NCBI GenBank assembly: GCA_041697335.1
Contig: JBGUGD010000001.1
Location: 64,001 to 128,000, forward strand
DNA from: Vampirovibrionaceae bacterium NZW_1234
Lineage (GTDB): Bacteria > Cyanobacteriota > Vampirovibrionia > Vampirovibrionales > JAGQHJ01
DNA length: 64,000 nucleotides
Direction: 5' to 3'
Shown: one piece after another, positions 49,813 through 59,412 of the stretch
Layout of the letters: every line of letters begins with the position of its first letter
Numbering within the stretch: the first letter of the stretch is position 1
The notes under the pieces: generated by a model
What the model saw: the letters and a program-made list of their open reading frames with translations, nothing else
The model's database searches: none
What the model was told of the DNA's origin: nothing
Translations under genes and position numbers: made by a program

Positions 49813-50340
49813 CTATTTTTTCAGGTACGAAATTAAATTTTTCACAATCGCTTTGTGTTCTGGTGAATGCAGATTCTGCATGAAGGCTGGATCGTTTTCT
49901 GCCTTGCTCACCAAGCTGCGCTGGGCCTGAGCCGCGTTGACCTGGGCAATAAATTGCTGGAACTGGGCCGGATCTTTGGCAATGGTTTTGGTTAATTCCT
50001 GATACTCTTCCCAGGTGAGGCCCTTGGCGGCCAGAATTTGTTTGATCTGACCTTCCGAGCGCAGGGATGAAGGCGTATAGTATGTTGGCTTTAAGACGGC
50101 CGATAATTCTTCGACGTTGGTGTTGCCATTAAAGCTTTCCAACAAGAGATTAACGGCTTGGTTTTTGCCACCGCCACCGTGATAGGACACGGTTTGTGTG
50201 GTGCTTTGAAACAGGTCCGGATAAATGTCGGCGTAAGCCTTCATTTTTTCCGGAGAAACCCCCATCGCCCAAGATTGGGCGATGATTAACACACTGAACC
50301 CTACCGACATGACACTTTTGCCAATCCAGCCTGTCATCAT
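49813..50340 (-). CDS. Exported hypothetical protein
   Basis: Signal peptide-like N-terminus ending AQSWA; AAGGA RBS. Confidence 0.7.
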   Translation of the reverse strand: MMTGWIGKSVMSVGFSVLIIAQSWAMGVSPEKMKAYADIYPDLFQSTTQTVSYHGGGGKNQAVNLLLESFNGNTNVEELSAVLKPTYYTPSSLRSEGQIKQILAAKGLTWEEYQELTKTIAKDPAQFQQFIAQVNAAQAQRSLVSKAENDPAFMQNLHSPEHKAIVKNLISYLKK

Positions 50341-50611
50341 CCAGCCATTTCCTTCTAGCGTTTGCTCAATGAAGATATAGCCCGTATCGGACGGACGTTT
50401 GCAAAACTTCAGTAATCCTGACTCCCTGATCACAATTTGTAACATGTTTCAAGTCCGTGCGATTGCTCGTCTGGGCGATTTTTCCAGGGCCTGGGAGCCC
50501 TTTGGAGAGACAGTGCTGACTGGGGTCGTGATTATTGAGATGTGGGGGTGGATGTGGACAAGGGAAAAAGGGTTGGCTTGGAGCGGCAACGAAACCCCAT
50601 GTGAGGCAATT

Positions 50612-50642
50612 TCACCGTGCGGACAATTTGTCCGCACGGTGA
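50612..50642. repeat. Perfect inverted repeat (15-bp arms, 1-nt spacer)
   Basis: tcaccgtgcggacaa-t-ttgtccgcacggtga. Confidence 0.95.
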
Positions 50643-51387
50643 TTTTCAGACCGGCATGGTTTTCAGAGGGGGTATTGGCGTGTAAGGTATCGAGTTGGGG
50701 CATTCTTGAAACCTTCTTGATAGGATTTTAGTGTTATTATTCCCACTGGGTAATGTTTTTAAACGTGTATTTTGGGTAAATTAGCCTTTATATAAGCTTT
50801 TTTCCTGATTTGTTTGTGAAATTGCTTTTAAAAGTGGTGTCTTCGCCCAGGGTAATCCAACGGATTTGCGTTGCCGATCCATTGGGAATACACCGTTGGG
50901 CGGTTGGAGTGATAATGGCGATAAGCCTCTTGTGGAGGGCGTTTTTAAGATTTACTTAATGCAACATCGGCGTGTTTTTTGTTTTTAATTTATTACAGTC
51001 TTTAGAAGGACAAGTTGTCTGGCTTGCGGACTGTTCCAGTTGCAGTTTTTGGAGGATCGTCCTTTCGTACAAGGTTATGTGTGTGCGCGAAAATAATGCG
51101 TGTGTGCGTCTTACGTGCTTTCCCAAAAAGTCCAGGCCGATTTTTCGAGCTTGTGAGTTTATCCGGTTTTTTCTCTAATCAATAAGGTTATGGACCGAGC
51201 ATCTGGGGTAATAAGGCCGTGTGCCAACATTTTCCTGGATGTGCATGAGATTGAAACAGAAACAGAATAGGTGCTTTCGCCTTCTGCAGGCCGCCATGTC
51301 CATCGGCATCCGCCCTGGGCAGGCTAACCGGCGGTGCGTTGTCAAGTGTGCTTTCTCCCCTGAAGTCACTGCTGAAGCCTACTGATT

Positions 51388-51427
51388 GCTGCTGAACTCT
51401 CATGCATTCGGCAGCTTTTTTTTGTCC
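51388..51427 (+). terminator. Intrinsic terminator on + strand without an upstream + strand gene
   Basis: gctgctgaa...ttcggcagc then T8-gtcc. Confidence 0.7.
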
Positions 51428-51463
51428 TTTGTGTCATGAGGGTGTGGGGCAGCGTGATAGGTG

Positions 51464-52477
51464 TCAGTCAACGTTGATGACAATCTTTCCGAAATGTCGG
51501 CCACTTTGGAGGTACTCAAAGGCCGAAACAGCCTCTTCAAAGGGGAAGATTCGGTCGATGACGGGATGAATGGGGAGCTGGCTCAAGGCCTTGTTCATGG
51601 CTTCAAAAGAGGCTTTGGAGGCCACATAGATCCCCTGGAGCCGGATACGTTTCATCAGAACCGGTAGCACATTCAATTGGGATGCGGCACCGGAGAGGAT
51701 GCCGATGACATGGATAGCTCCCTGATGGCGAACGGCATTCATCGAGAGGCTTAAGGTGTTGGCCCCACCCACCTCAATGACATGATCGACGCCCTGGCCT
51801 TCGGTCAGATCCAGCACGGCCCGATCCCATTGCGGCGTCGTGACATAGTTGAGGATCTCATCGGCTCCCAGGGTTTTGGCCCGAGCGAGCTTTTCGTCAC
51901 TGCTCGACAGGAGAATTGTACGGGCCCCTATGGCCTTGGCCAATTGCAGTGCAAAGAGGGAGACCCCACCTGTACCTTGAATCAGCACGGTGTCACCGGG
52001 TTTAAGCTGACCTTCATCCACCAGGGCGCTCCAGGCCGTCAGGGCGGCTATGGGCAAGGTGGCCGCCTCCTGAAAATTCAGATGCTCAGGAATCGCCACG
52101 ACACCGGTTTCCGGCAAAATGACATGCTCGGCCAGAAGGCCGTCCAATGGTCCTCCCAAGGTGGCTTTGGCTTTCTCCCGGGTGAGCCCGCCCTCGAACC
52201 AGCGCTGGGCGAATAGCCCCATGACCCGATCGCCCACCTTGACCTGGCTCACGCCAGGGCCTACGGCGTCAATGACACCCGCACCATCCGAGACCGGAAT
52301 CAGGGGGAGAGGTTGTTTCGGGTTGTAGAGACCTTGAACCATCAGCAGATCCCGGTAATTAAGCGAAGTGGCTTTGACCTGGACCCGAACTTCGCCAGGC
52401 CCGGGACTGGGGGTGGGGCGTTCAGTTATGGCCAGTGCGTCCAACCCAAAGGCGTGTTGCAGTTCCCAGACGCGCAT
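51464..52477 (-). CDS. NAD(P)-dependent MDR-family alcohol dehydrogenase/quinone reductase
   Basis: SLNYRD, PVSDGAG, QGTGGVS, HFGKIVI. Confidence 0.92.
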   Translation of the reverse strand: MRVWELQHAFGLDALAITERPTPSPGPGEVRVQVKATSLNYRDLLMVQGLYNPKQPLPLIPVSDGAGVIDAVGPGVSQVKVGDRVMGLFAQRWFEGGLTREKAKATLGGPLDGLLAEHVILPETGVVAIPEHLNFQEAATLPIAALTAWSALVDEGQLKPGDTVLIQGTGGVSLFALQLAKAIGARTILLSSSDEKLARAKTLGADEILNYVTTPQWDRAVLDLTEGQGVDHVIEVGGANTLSLSMNAVRHQGAIHVIGILSGAASQLNVLPVLMKRIRLQGIYVASKASFEAMNKALSQLPIHPVIDRIFPFEEAVSAFEYLQSGRHFGKIVINVD

Positions 52478-52712
52478 CAGCAGAATTCCTTTTCCGATTC
52501 TTGATAATGCGACTAGCTTATCACTGCTTGCCCGCTTTGTCAGTGGATGGATACTGATACCGGATTCACACCAAACACGGGGCGTGTAGCGATGATGACA
52601 ACCTCGTGTTATTTGTGTTGATAACGGATTCGGCCAGGCTCAAAACATTCGAATTTGGATATTCAAGGACTGGCGTGGACTATTCCATGGGGATTCTTGT
52701 CTTGGGGGATTC

Positions 52713-53384
52713 TCATCCTGAGGTTTGGGAGCGGTTTGAATCCCCTAACAATTGGGCGAGGCGTTGTTCGAGCTTAAGCCAGTCTCCTGCAAGCTGGAGC
52801 AGGCCTGACACGCGTGATCCGATCGGCCTCGGTTGTCTCGGCTGAGAATCGGCCCGTTGTCCTCCAATACCAGAGTCTTGGTCAGTAAAGCGCTGGCCTT
52901 GCCTTTCTGACAGTCTTTGGGAGGAGTTGGAATTGCCTAACAACTGGGCGAGGCGTTGCTCGAGCTTAAGCCAGTCTCCTGCGAGCTGGAGCATGTTTGA
53001 CACGCGTGATCCGATTTGCCTTGCTTGTCTCGGTCGAGAACCAGCCCGTTGCCCGGCAGGATCAGAGCCCTGTTCAGAAAAGAGCCGGCCCTGTGTTTGT
53101 GGCAGGCTTGGGGATGCGAATGGGTCAACCCGGGGTTGACTCAACAACCCCGGATTCGTTCTTTGCCAATTATTTTCAAGGCGTTGTTGTATCTCGAAAT
53201 AATCCTGGACCTGGCCTAAAGCACGTGAGATGTTAAACCCTTGGGGGGTATACATATCCGAGGGGAAAAAGCCAGTTTGTGCTACGTCTTGAACAGCAGC
53301 CCAATTGCTGAGTTTTTCCAGCTCCCGGCTCAGGCGACCCCAGGGCGTCGATCCCATGAAGGAATTGTTGGCATTGCCAAACAT
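52713..53384 (-). CDS. Hypothetical Gln/Ser/Arg-rich protein with internal 64-aa duplication
   Basis: AAGGAG RBS; two copies of IGSRVS..LQLAGDWLKLEQRLAQLLG 192 nt apart. Confidence 0.75.
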   Translation of the reverse strand: MFGNANNSFMGSTPWGRLSRELEKLSNWAAVQDVAQTGFFPSDMYTPQGFNISRALGQVQDYFEIQQRLENNWQRTNPGLLSQPRVDPFASPSLPQTQGRLFSEQGSDPAGQRAGSRPRQARQIGSRVSNMLQLAGDWLKLEQRLAQLLGNSNSSQRLSERQGQRFTDQDSGIGGQRADSQPRQPRPIGSRVSGLLQLAGDWLKLEQRLAQLLGDSNRSQTSG

Positions 53385-53451
53385 GCGGGGCTCCTTCCAT
53401 AGCTTATATCAATGTTTGGAAATAGACGGGAGATGATGTGCCAATTGCTTT

Positions 53452-54126
53452 CTAGGTCAATAATTCAGCTAATCCCTGAACGAGAGGGTTCTCGCCGCCG
53501 GGACGGCCGCCTTCACCTTGGCCGCCTTCGCCCATGATGCGCTCAAGTAAGCCGTTTAGAAGTTGACCCAGAATGCCTTCCGGTCCGTTGCCATTTCCGG
53601 CGCCACGGCCACCCCCGCCATTCTGGTTGGGAATCTGGTTTGGATCCATATTCTGCCGCAGGAACTGCCGGGCTTCGTCGTCATCCATTTCATCGGCCAT
53701 ATCTTCGGCCGTATCGCGATCGACGCCCATTTGTTGTTCCAGCACCCGGGCCACTTCGTCTTCCAGATCGTCGTCATCAATGTTATTGACGCGTTGCTCA
53801 ATGGCATCCTGATCGATGCGATCCTGAAGCAGGGCGGCGGTTAGCTGGCGTAATGCCTGCATTTCCGCCTCCTGAGCGGCCTGGTTGTTATTGTTGGCCC
53901 GCCCTTGTCCGGCGTTGGCGTTGTTGTTGGCATTGCCGTTGCCTTGAACATTATTATTGTTGTTATTGGCATTGTTGTTATTGTTGGTGTTTTCTTCGGG
54001 CCCACCCATGCGGTCTTCCATGGCATCCAGACGGTTGTTCATCCGATCCATGCCCCGTTGCAGATTTTGGGCCATATCTTGCCATGCCGCAGCATTGTTT
54101 CCGTTAATTATGACGTTACCAGCCAT
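53452..54126 (-). CDS. Hypothetical Asn/Gly/Asp-rich, Cys-free (harpin-like) protein
   Basis: GAGGAG RBS; poly-Asn tract; LRQLTAALLQ and ILGQLLNGLL helices. Confidence 0.8.
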   Translation of the reverse strand: MAGNVIINGNNAAAWQDMAQNLQRGMDRMNNRLDAMEDRMGGPEENTNNNNNANNNNNNVQGNGNANNNANAGQGRANNNNQAAQEAEMQALRQLTAALLQDRIDQDAIEQRVNNIDDDDLEDEVARVLEQQMGVDRDTAEDMADEMDDDEARQFLRQNMDPNQIPNQNGGGGRGAGNGNGPEGILGQLLNGLLERIMGEGGQGEGGRPGGENPLVQGLAELLT

Positions 54127-54529
54127 TTGTCGCTCCTCACACGCGTAACTATCTTCTGCCACCGATATCGGTGTCATAAACACTAACGAACCTACATCCT
54201 AAGCGTATAAAAACAAACGTTAAAATTTTTTTGACAGCTTTTTTTAGAATTTTTTTCATCCACTTAAGACGGCTTAAGAATTGGGGGCATATGGGGAGGT
54301 CGGGGGGAGACGGGGCTCTGCCTGTTTTTTTTACACGTCTCTCACACGTTTCTCGCAGGGACAAAGGCGGGTTCTGCTATCAGTGTCGACTGTGGACGCA
54401 TGGTCGGGTTATCAGGCTTGTTGGTGAGGGACCTGGCTGAGGCAGCTCACTTTTTTTGCCGCTACTCAGGAAATGCTTGACGTGCCCGAGTGGAGTTGTT
54501 ATTTTGTGTAAGACTTGATTATGTCTTGT

Positions 54530-54601
54530 GCGTCCTTAGCTCAGCGGTAGAGCACTCCCCTTTTAAGGGATAGGTCCTGAGTTCGAATCTCAGAGGACGC
54601 A
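54530..54601 (+). tRNA. tRNA-Lys(UUU), CCA not encoded
   Basis: Acceptor GCGTCCT/AGGACGC, D arm GCTC/GAGC, anticodon loop CT-TTT-AA, T arm CTGAG-TTCGAAT-CTCAG; one C.U mismatch in anticodon stem. Confidence 0.93.
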
Positions 54602-54667
54602 TTTTCCCCTCCATATAAGGTTGTGTATGCGCCCCAATGAAGACGTTGTGGGTGCGTTTTTTTGCTT

Positions 54668-56308
54668 TTAAAGAACGTCGAGTGCCGGGGCGATGGGAGA
54701 AAAACTGTCGGGGTTGGCGCGATGCCAGTCTTTTCGAAAGCTCGCAGGAATTGGGTCTTTAAGCAGGCTATCGGGGGCAAGATAGTCATAAATGTAGCTT
54801 AAGGGGAGCACATGGGTTGGGCTGATGCGGCGTTGGATATGGAAAGGTTGAAGCTCCGAGGGGTGCGATAGTCCGGCTGCAGCGAGGATCTCCATAAAGG
54901 CATGGACCGTGCCGTCGTGGAAATTCTGGACCCGCCGCCATTTGTCTTCCACAACCAGGCCTTTGACCAGATCCGGATTTTGGGTGGCCACCCCGGTTGG
55001 GCAAGTGTTGGCATGGCACTGCAAGGCTTGAATACAGCCCAAGGCAAACATCATACCTCGGGCGGAATTGCACAAGTCGGCACCCATGGCGATTTTTGAC
55101 GCGATATGAAACCCGGTGGTTACTTTGCCGCTGGCTATGAGGCGAATATGTTGGCGCAACCCACAGCCGACCAGGGCGCTATGAACAAAGGTCAAAGCGT
55201 CATCCAGGGGGGTGCCTACGGAATCGGAAAACTCCAGGGGAGCAGCCCCGGTTCCGCCTTCACCGCCATCGACGGTAATAAAATCAGGATAAATGCCTGT
55301 CTCCAGCATGGCTTTGCAGATGGCCAGAAACTCATGCCGATGGCCCAGGCACAGTTTGAAGCCGATGGGCTTGCCGTCGGACAGTGTGCGCAGGCGATCA
55401 ATAAACAGCAACAACTCACGCGGTGTGGAAAAAGCCGAGTGCCACGGTGGGGACAGAACATCTTCTCCCATGGGCACCAGACGGATGGACGCAATCTCGG
55501 GTGTGATTTTTTCCTTGGGCAAAATCCCCCCGTGGCCGGGCTTGGCTCCCTGGGAGAGTTTGATCTCAATCATTTTAATTTGGGGCAGGGCGGCTTTTTC
55601 CTGGAAACGATCCGGGCAAAAGGCGCCGTCCGGGGTACGGCAGCTGAAATAGCCGGTGCCAATCTGCCAGATGAGATCCCCACCGGGCTCCAGGTGGTAA
55701 GGGCTGAGGCCCCCTTCGCCGGTGTTATGGGCAAACCCACCGGCTTTGGCGCCTTTATTCAAGGCCAGAACGGCATTTTTGCTGAGGGCACCATAACTCA
55801 TGGCTGAAATATTGAAAATGGAGGCATCGTAAGGCTGGGTGCACTGAGGCCCCCCGACGCGAATGCGAAAGGGTTCCGTTGGCATGGGTTTTGGGCTTAG
55901 GGCGTGGTTGATCCATTCATAGCCGATGTCATAGACATTGCGCTTGGTGCCGAAGGGATGGGTGTTCAGATCTTTCTTGGCCCGTTGATAAATGTTGGCC
56001 CGTTTCACTCGATCGAAGGGGCGTCCGTCGATGTCGGATTCGATGAAATATTGGTTGATTTCCGGGCGAATGGATTCCAATAAATAACGCCCATGGCCCA
56101 GGATCGGGAAATTCCGGAGCACGGCATGGCGCTTTTGAAAGACATCATGAAGGCCTACGCCAATGAGCGGCAAGGCCAGAGCATAGGCAAAGCGAGCTGC
56201 CGGCCAGGCAATGGCCCACGTCTCGATGCTTAACAGGGAGATGGCCGATGCGAAATAAAAAATACGCCGGATGGGAATTTTCCCGAACACCGCTGCTCTG
56301 CTCCACAC
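54668..56308 (-). CDS. FMN-binding glutamate synthase family protein
   Basis: SAMSYGALS, NTGEGG, EIKLSQGAKPGHGG, DGGEGGTGAAP, CIQALQCHANTCPTGVATQ. Confidence 0.93.
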   Translation of the reverse strand: MWSRAAVFGKIPIRRIFYFASAISLLSIETWAIAWPAARFAYALALPLIGVGLHDVFQKRHAVLRNFPILGHGRYLLESIRPEINQYFIESDIDGRPFDRVKRANIYQRAKKDLNTHPFGTKRNVYDIGYEWINHALSPKPMPTEPFRIRVGGPQCTQPYDASIFNISAMSYGALSKNAVLALNKGAKAGGFAHNTGEGGLSPYHLEPGGDLIWQIGTGYFSCRTPDGAFCPDRFQEKAALPQIKMIEIKLSQGAKPGHGGILPKEKITPEIASIRLVPMGEDVLSPPWHSAFSTPRELLLFIDRLRTLSDGKPIGFKLCLGHRHEFLAICKAMLETGIYPDFITVDGGEGGTGAAPLEFSDSVGTPLDDALTFVHSALVGCGLRQHIRLIASGKVTTGFHIASKIAMGADLCNSARGMMFALGCIQALQCHANTCPTGVATQNPDLVKGLVVEDKWRRVQNFHDGTVHAFMEILAAAGLSHPSELQPFHIQRRISPTHVLPLSYIYDYLAPDSLLKDPIPASFRKDWHRANPDSFSPIAPALDVL

Positions 56309-56564
56309 CTTAAGGACTGTTCCTTCAGTTTACGAAAGCGACCATGCAAGGGAATCCTTCTTTTGGTGGAGCCAGGGTGCAGCCAAATGGCTACGGTCTT
56401 AAGAATGACTTAAGAATTGGGGTAACAACAAGGGGGCAAATTATTGTTTTTATAACAGTATCTCATTGGTTGAAGAGACCGTGAACCGTGAATCGAAGAA
56501 TCGGCACATCTAAATCCCCGTGCTGGTTTGAAATATCGGATATTGTGCTGGAGGAAACAATACA

Positions 56565-57062
56565 ATGGCTTTTGGTAATCTTCGAGGTGTCCCTCAACGG
56601 CAACCCAGTGTCAACGGTGGCAACAACCCCATGATGCCTGACATGACCAATGGTGCCAATGGCAACAATTTAATGGCGCAGCTCATTAATAGTCCATCGG
56701 CCAACCCAGGAGCACGTCCTGCTGGCGATGGCCAGGCGCCCGGAGGCGGTAATGCCGGCATTGATCCGCGGCAGATGTTTCAGGATGTGCGTAGCTTTTT
56801 AACCGGTGGTGGTGGCTTGCCTGACTATCTGACCGGTGGGGCCCAAGGCGGCAACGCTGGGACGCCTACAAATCTGGGTGAGGGGCTGCGCGGCATTTTT
56901 GGCAATGGCTCGAATAACGGGGCCCAGACACCGGGTGCCGATGCGTTGGCTCAGCGGCCTGGTGGTCCCAATTTAGGCCAGAACCCCGGGCTTCAGGCCA
57001 TGGGTGACATCTTTGATATGACTCGGCGCCTGGATCTGCAATCGGGGGCTTCCGGCATGTAA
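56565..57062 (+). CDS. Hypothetical Gly/Asn/Pro-rich, Cys-free protein
   Basis: GGAGG RBS; 165 aa low complexity. Confidence 0.75.
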   Translation: MAFGNLRGVPQRQPSVNGGNNPMMPDMTNGANGNNLMAQLINSPSANPGARPAGDGQAPGGGNAGIDPRQMFQDVRSFLTGGGGLPDYLTGGAQGGNAGTPTNLGEGLRGIFGNGSNNGAQTPGADALAQRPGGPNLGQNPGLQAMGDIFDMTRRLDLQSGASGM

Positions 57063-57441
57063 TCGCTTGCTATGCCTGCTTTGAAGGCCTACTGGGGCTT
57101 TTTACCGGGTTTTCTGATCCATTTCCATCGGGCCTGGTGAGTCACCGGAAAATAGGGATTGACACGCTTTTTCGGTATTCTTGTGTCAGGTTGGGCTTGG
57201 GATCTTAATGAATCCCTAATGTTTGACCTGACACAAATTATTGCTTTGGGTGTTTTTATATAAACACAAGGTGAAAATAACTCACCGACTCCCAACTCTC
57301 TCTCTCGTTTCTCGTGTGTGTGATAAAAACCCCTTTTTTCATCCCGAATGAATGATGCCGGATAAGCCCATTATCGTGTGCATTGTTTTTCCCTGATAAA
57401 TCAACCGTGTGTATGTGTGTGTGTTAAGGAGGTTCTCTGAA

Positions 57442-58164
57442 ATGGTTATCGCTCGTCCAATCGGTGGTCGTCCCACGACCCCGCCCACTCGTCCTACGAC
57501 GCCCCCCAGACCGACGACTCCCCCAACAACCCCGTCGCCAACCACGCCGCCCGTGACCGGGACTAGCAATAACGGCGACCGGACGTTGATGCTTCAGATT
57601 TTATTGCTCCTGTTGCAAATGATTATGAAAATGCAGCAGACCCCCCGCTTTCCCTTCGGTGCCGGCGGTGGTTATAACCGAGCCTTCGGTGGTGGTTTAA
57701 GCGCTGGCTCGGGAAGCAGTTCCTCTCCCCGGTTCCCGAATTCGCTGTTCCCCTCGTTCAGCAATTCGCCGACCCTGCCTTTGGCGCCGCAACGCTTGGA
57801 TTCCCCATTTCGAAATACCGGTGACCTGACCCTGGATCGCTTAGTTGCGCCAGGCACCCCGGTGGCTCCCAATGACTATAACAGCACGGATTTTCTGACC
57901 GGCTTGAGCCAGTTTACCTCGCCATTCGGGCGACAGGTTGGGCCCAACACCACGCTGGAAGAAGCCCGAAATGCAACGCTGGCCGTACAATCCTACCTGC
58001 CCAGCAATATCAACAAGCAGCTGAACCTTGGATTGTTGCTCACCCAGTTGAATGCACGGGATCCTCAGCCTCTGGATCAACCGGAATACGCCCAGGCGCT
58101 GTTCGACCTGACGGGTAACATTGACCCTCAAACCCAGGCGCTGTTCAGAATCCCCGGTTTCTAG
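57442..58164 (+). CDS. Hypothetical Pro/Thr-rich protein with LQILLLLLQMIMKM helix
   Basis: AAGGAGG RBS; PTTPP repeats. Confidence 0.78.
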   Translation: MVIARPIGGRPTTPPTRPTTPPRPTTPPTTPSPTTPPVTGTSNNGDRTLMLQILLLLLQMIMKMQQTPRFPFGAGGGYNRAFGGGLSAGSGSSSSPRFPNSLFPSFSNSPTLPLAPQRLDSPFRNTGDLTLDRLVAPGTPVAPNDYNSTDFLTGLSQFTSPFGRQVGPNTTLEEARNATLAVQSYLPSNINKQLNLGLLLTQLNARDPQPLDQPEYAQALFDLTGNIDPQTQALFRIPGF

Positions 58165-58452
58165 AATCAAGTTTTCGCTACCGTTACGAGTTCTCTTCTA
58201 CAACAACACAACACAACAACACAACACAAATCAGGGTAAATGAGATTCCTATAGTGTGGGAATAATGGGCTGTGTCGGGAGGTTTGGCCACGTGCCAGGC
58301 CTCCCGACTTATTTATTACAGAAGGCTGGACAATACCATTGAGAGTAACGCTGCTTCTGGAAAAGGACGCTTTGGCGCCAAGGGCTGATTGTTTTCGGCC
58401 AAGGAGTGTCGTACACTGAAATGCAGTTTTTCGCACCGTAACTGAAGTTTGA

Positions 58453-59412
58453 ATGATGACCGCCTCAAAGCCCGATCCGACTCCAAATTCTCCTCGCCCG
58501 GTGTCCGGGGGACCTTTGATGCCAGGGGCCTCTCCTTCCGGGGCTGGTATCTTGCCGCTCTTTGCTGAGACATTCCTGTTGGTGGGCCGGTACTTTATTA
58601 TTGTTTACCCGGTGTTTCTGTATTTCATTCTGAGCAGTTTTCTGCTGCCCCACACGACACCGGATTTCAGCCATTGGGCCTGGTGGGTTGTCAGCTTGGG
58701 CCTGGTCGCCATTTTGTATATTTTCAAGGCCGGCTGGAGTCTGATGATGTACCGGGCCGTGAAAGAATGGCAGGTGTTTCAGCAACGCTTACTGCAAGGA
58801 CCAGTTGCCGACGCGGATGAGCCGTTTCCGCTACCCATGATTCCTTTTTCCCTCCTAAAAGAGTTTATTCCCGGCATGGGACAATATGGCCTGACGTTTT
58901 TACTGGGCGGCATTCTTTGGGCGCTGTGCGTGATTACTCCCATCGGCCTGTTGGTTTGGGGAGCCTATCACTGGATTGGCAGTCCGGAGTTTATTTTGCC
59001 CTTGTATAACCAGAATACCCTCACGTTTCAAGACTTCCAGCAGTTTTGGGATCGCTTGCCGATGCATCAGAAAACCCAGTTGAGTCAATGGAACCTTGTC
59101 TCCATGGCGGCGATGGGGATTCTGTTCATCGTCAATGCCCTGACGCTGTATTGGCAACAATACGTGATTTTGAAAGACACCCATGCCTTTAAAGCCTTTT
59201 GGCTCAGTGCCCGGCGCGCCGTTCGGCACCCCTTCCAGACGGTCCTGATTCTGGTTTATTTCTGGACCTTTTACCTGTTTTTCTCCCTGGTCGGGAATAT
59301 GTCTGATGTGTTGGCCTTTTTGGGTATCTTCCTGCTGATTCTGACCATGGTCTACTTTGGTCTGTTCCTGTTTTTGTATCTTCTGCGGATCGATGCCGAA
59401 GCAACCCCCTGA
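58453..59412 (+). CDS. Hypothetical integral membrane protein
   Basis: Multiple hydrophobic segments; overlaps miaA start. Confidence 0.8.
   Translation: MMTASKPDPTPNSPRPVSGGPLMPGASPSGAGILPLFAETFLLVGRYFIIVYPVFLYFILSSFLLPHTTPDFSHWAWWVVSLGLVAILYIFKAGWSLMMYRAVKEWQVFQQRLLQGPVADADEPFPLPMIPFSLLKEFIPGMGQYGLTFLLGGILWALCVITPIGLLVWGAYHWIGSPEFILPLYNQNTLTFQDFQQFWDRLPMHQKTQLSQWNLVSMAAMGILFIVNALTLYWQQYVILKDTHAFKAFWLSARRAVRHPFQTVLILVYFWTFYLFFSLVGNMSDVLAFLGIFLLILTMVYFGLFLFLYLLRIDAEATP

Noticed and set aside
51188..51403. 71-aa minus-strand ORF MRVQQQSVGFS
   Set aside because: No properly spaced RBS and start overlaps a + strand terminator; cannot be supported
54530..54660. tRNA as integration site of an island
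   Set aside because: No integrase and no duplicated tRNA 3' end found
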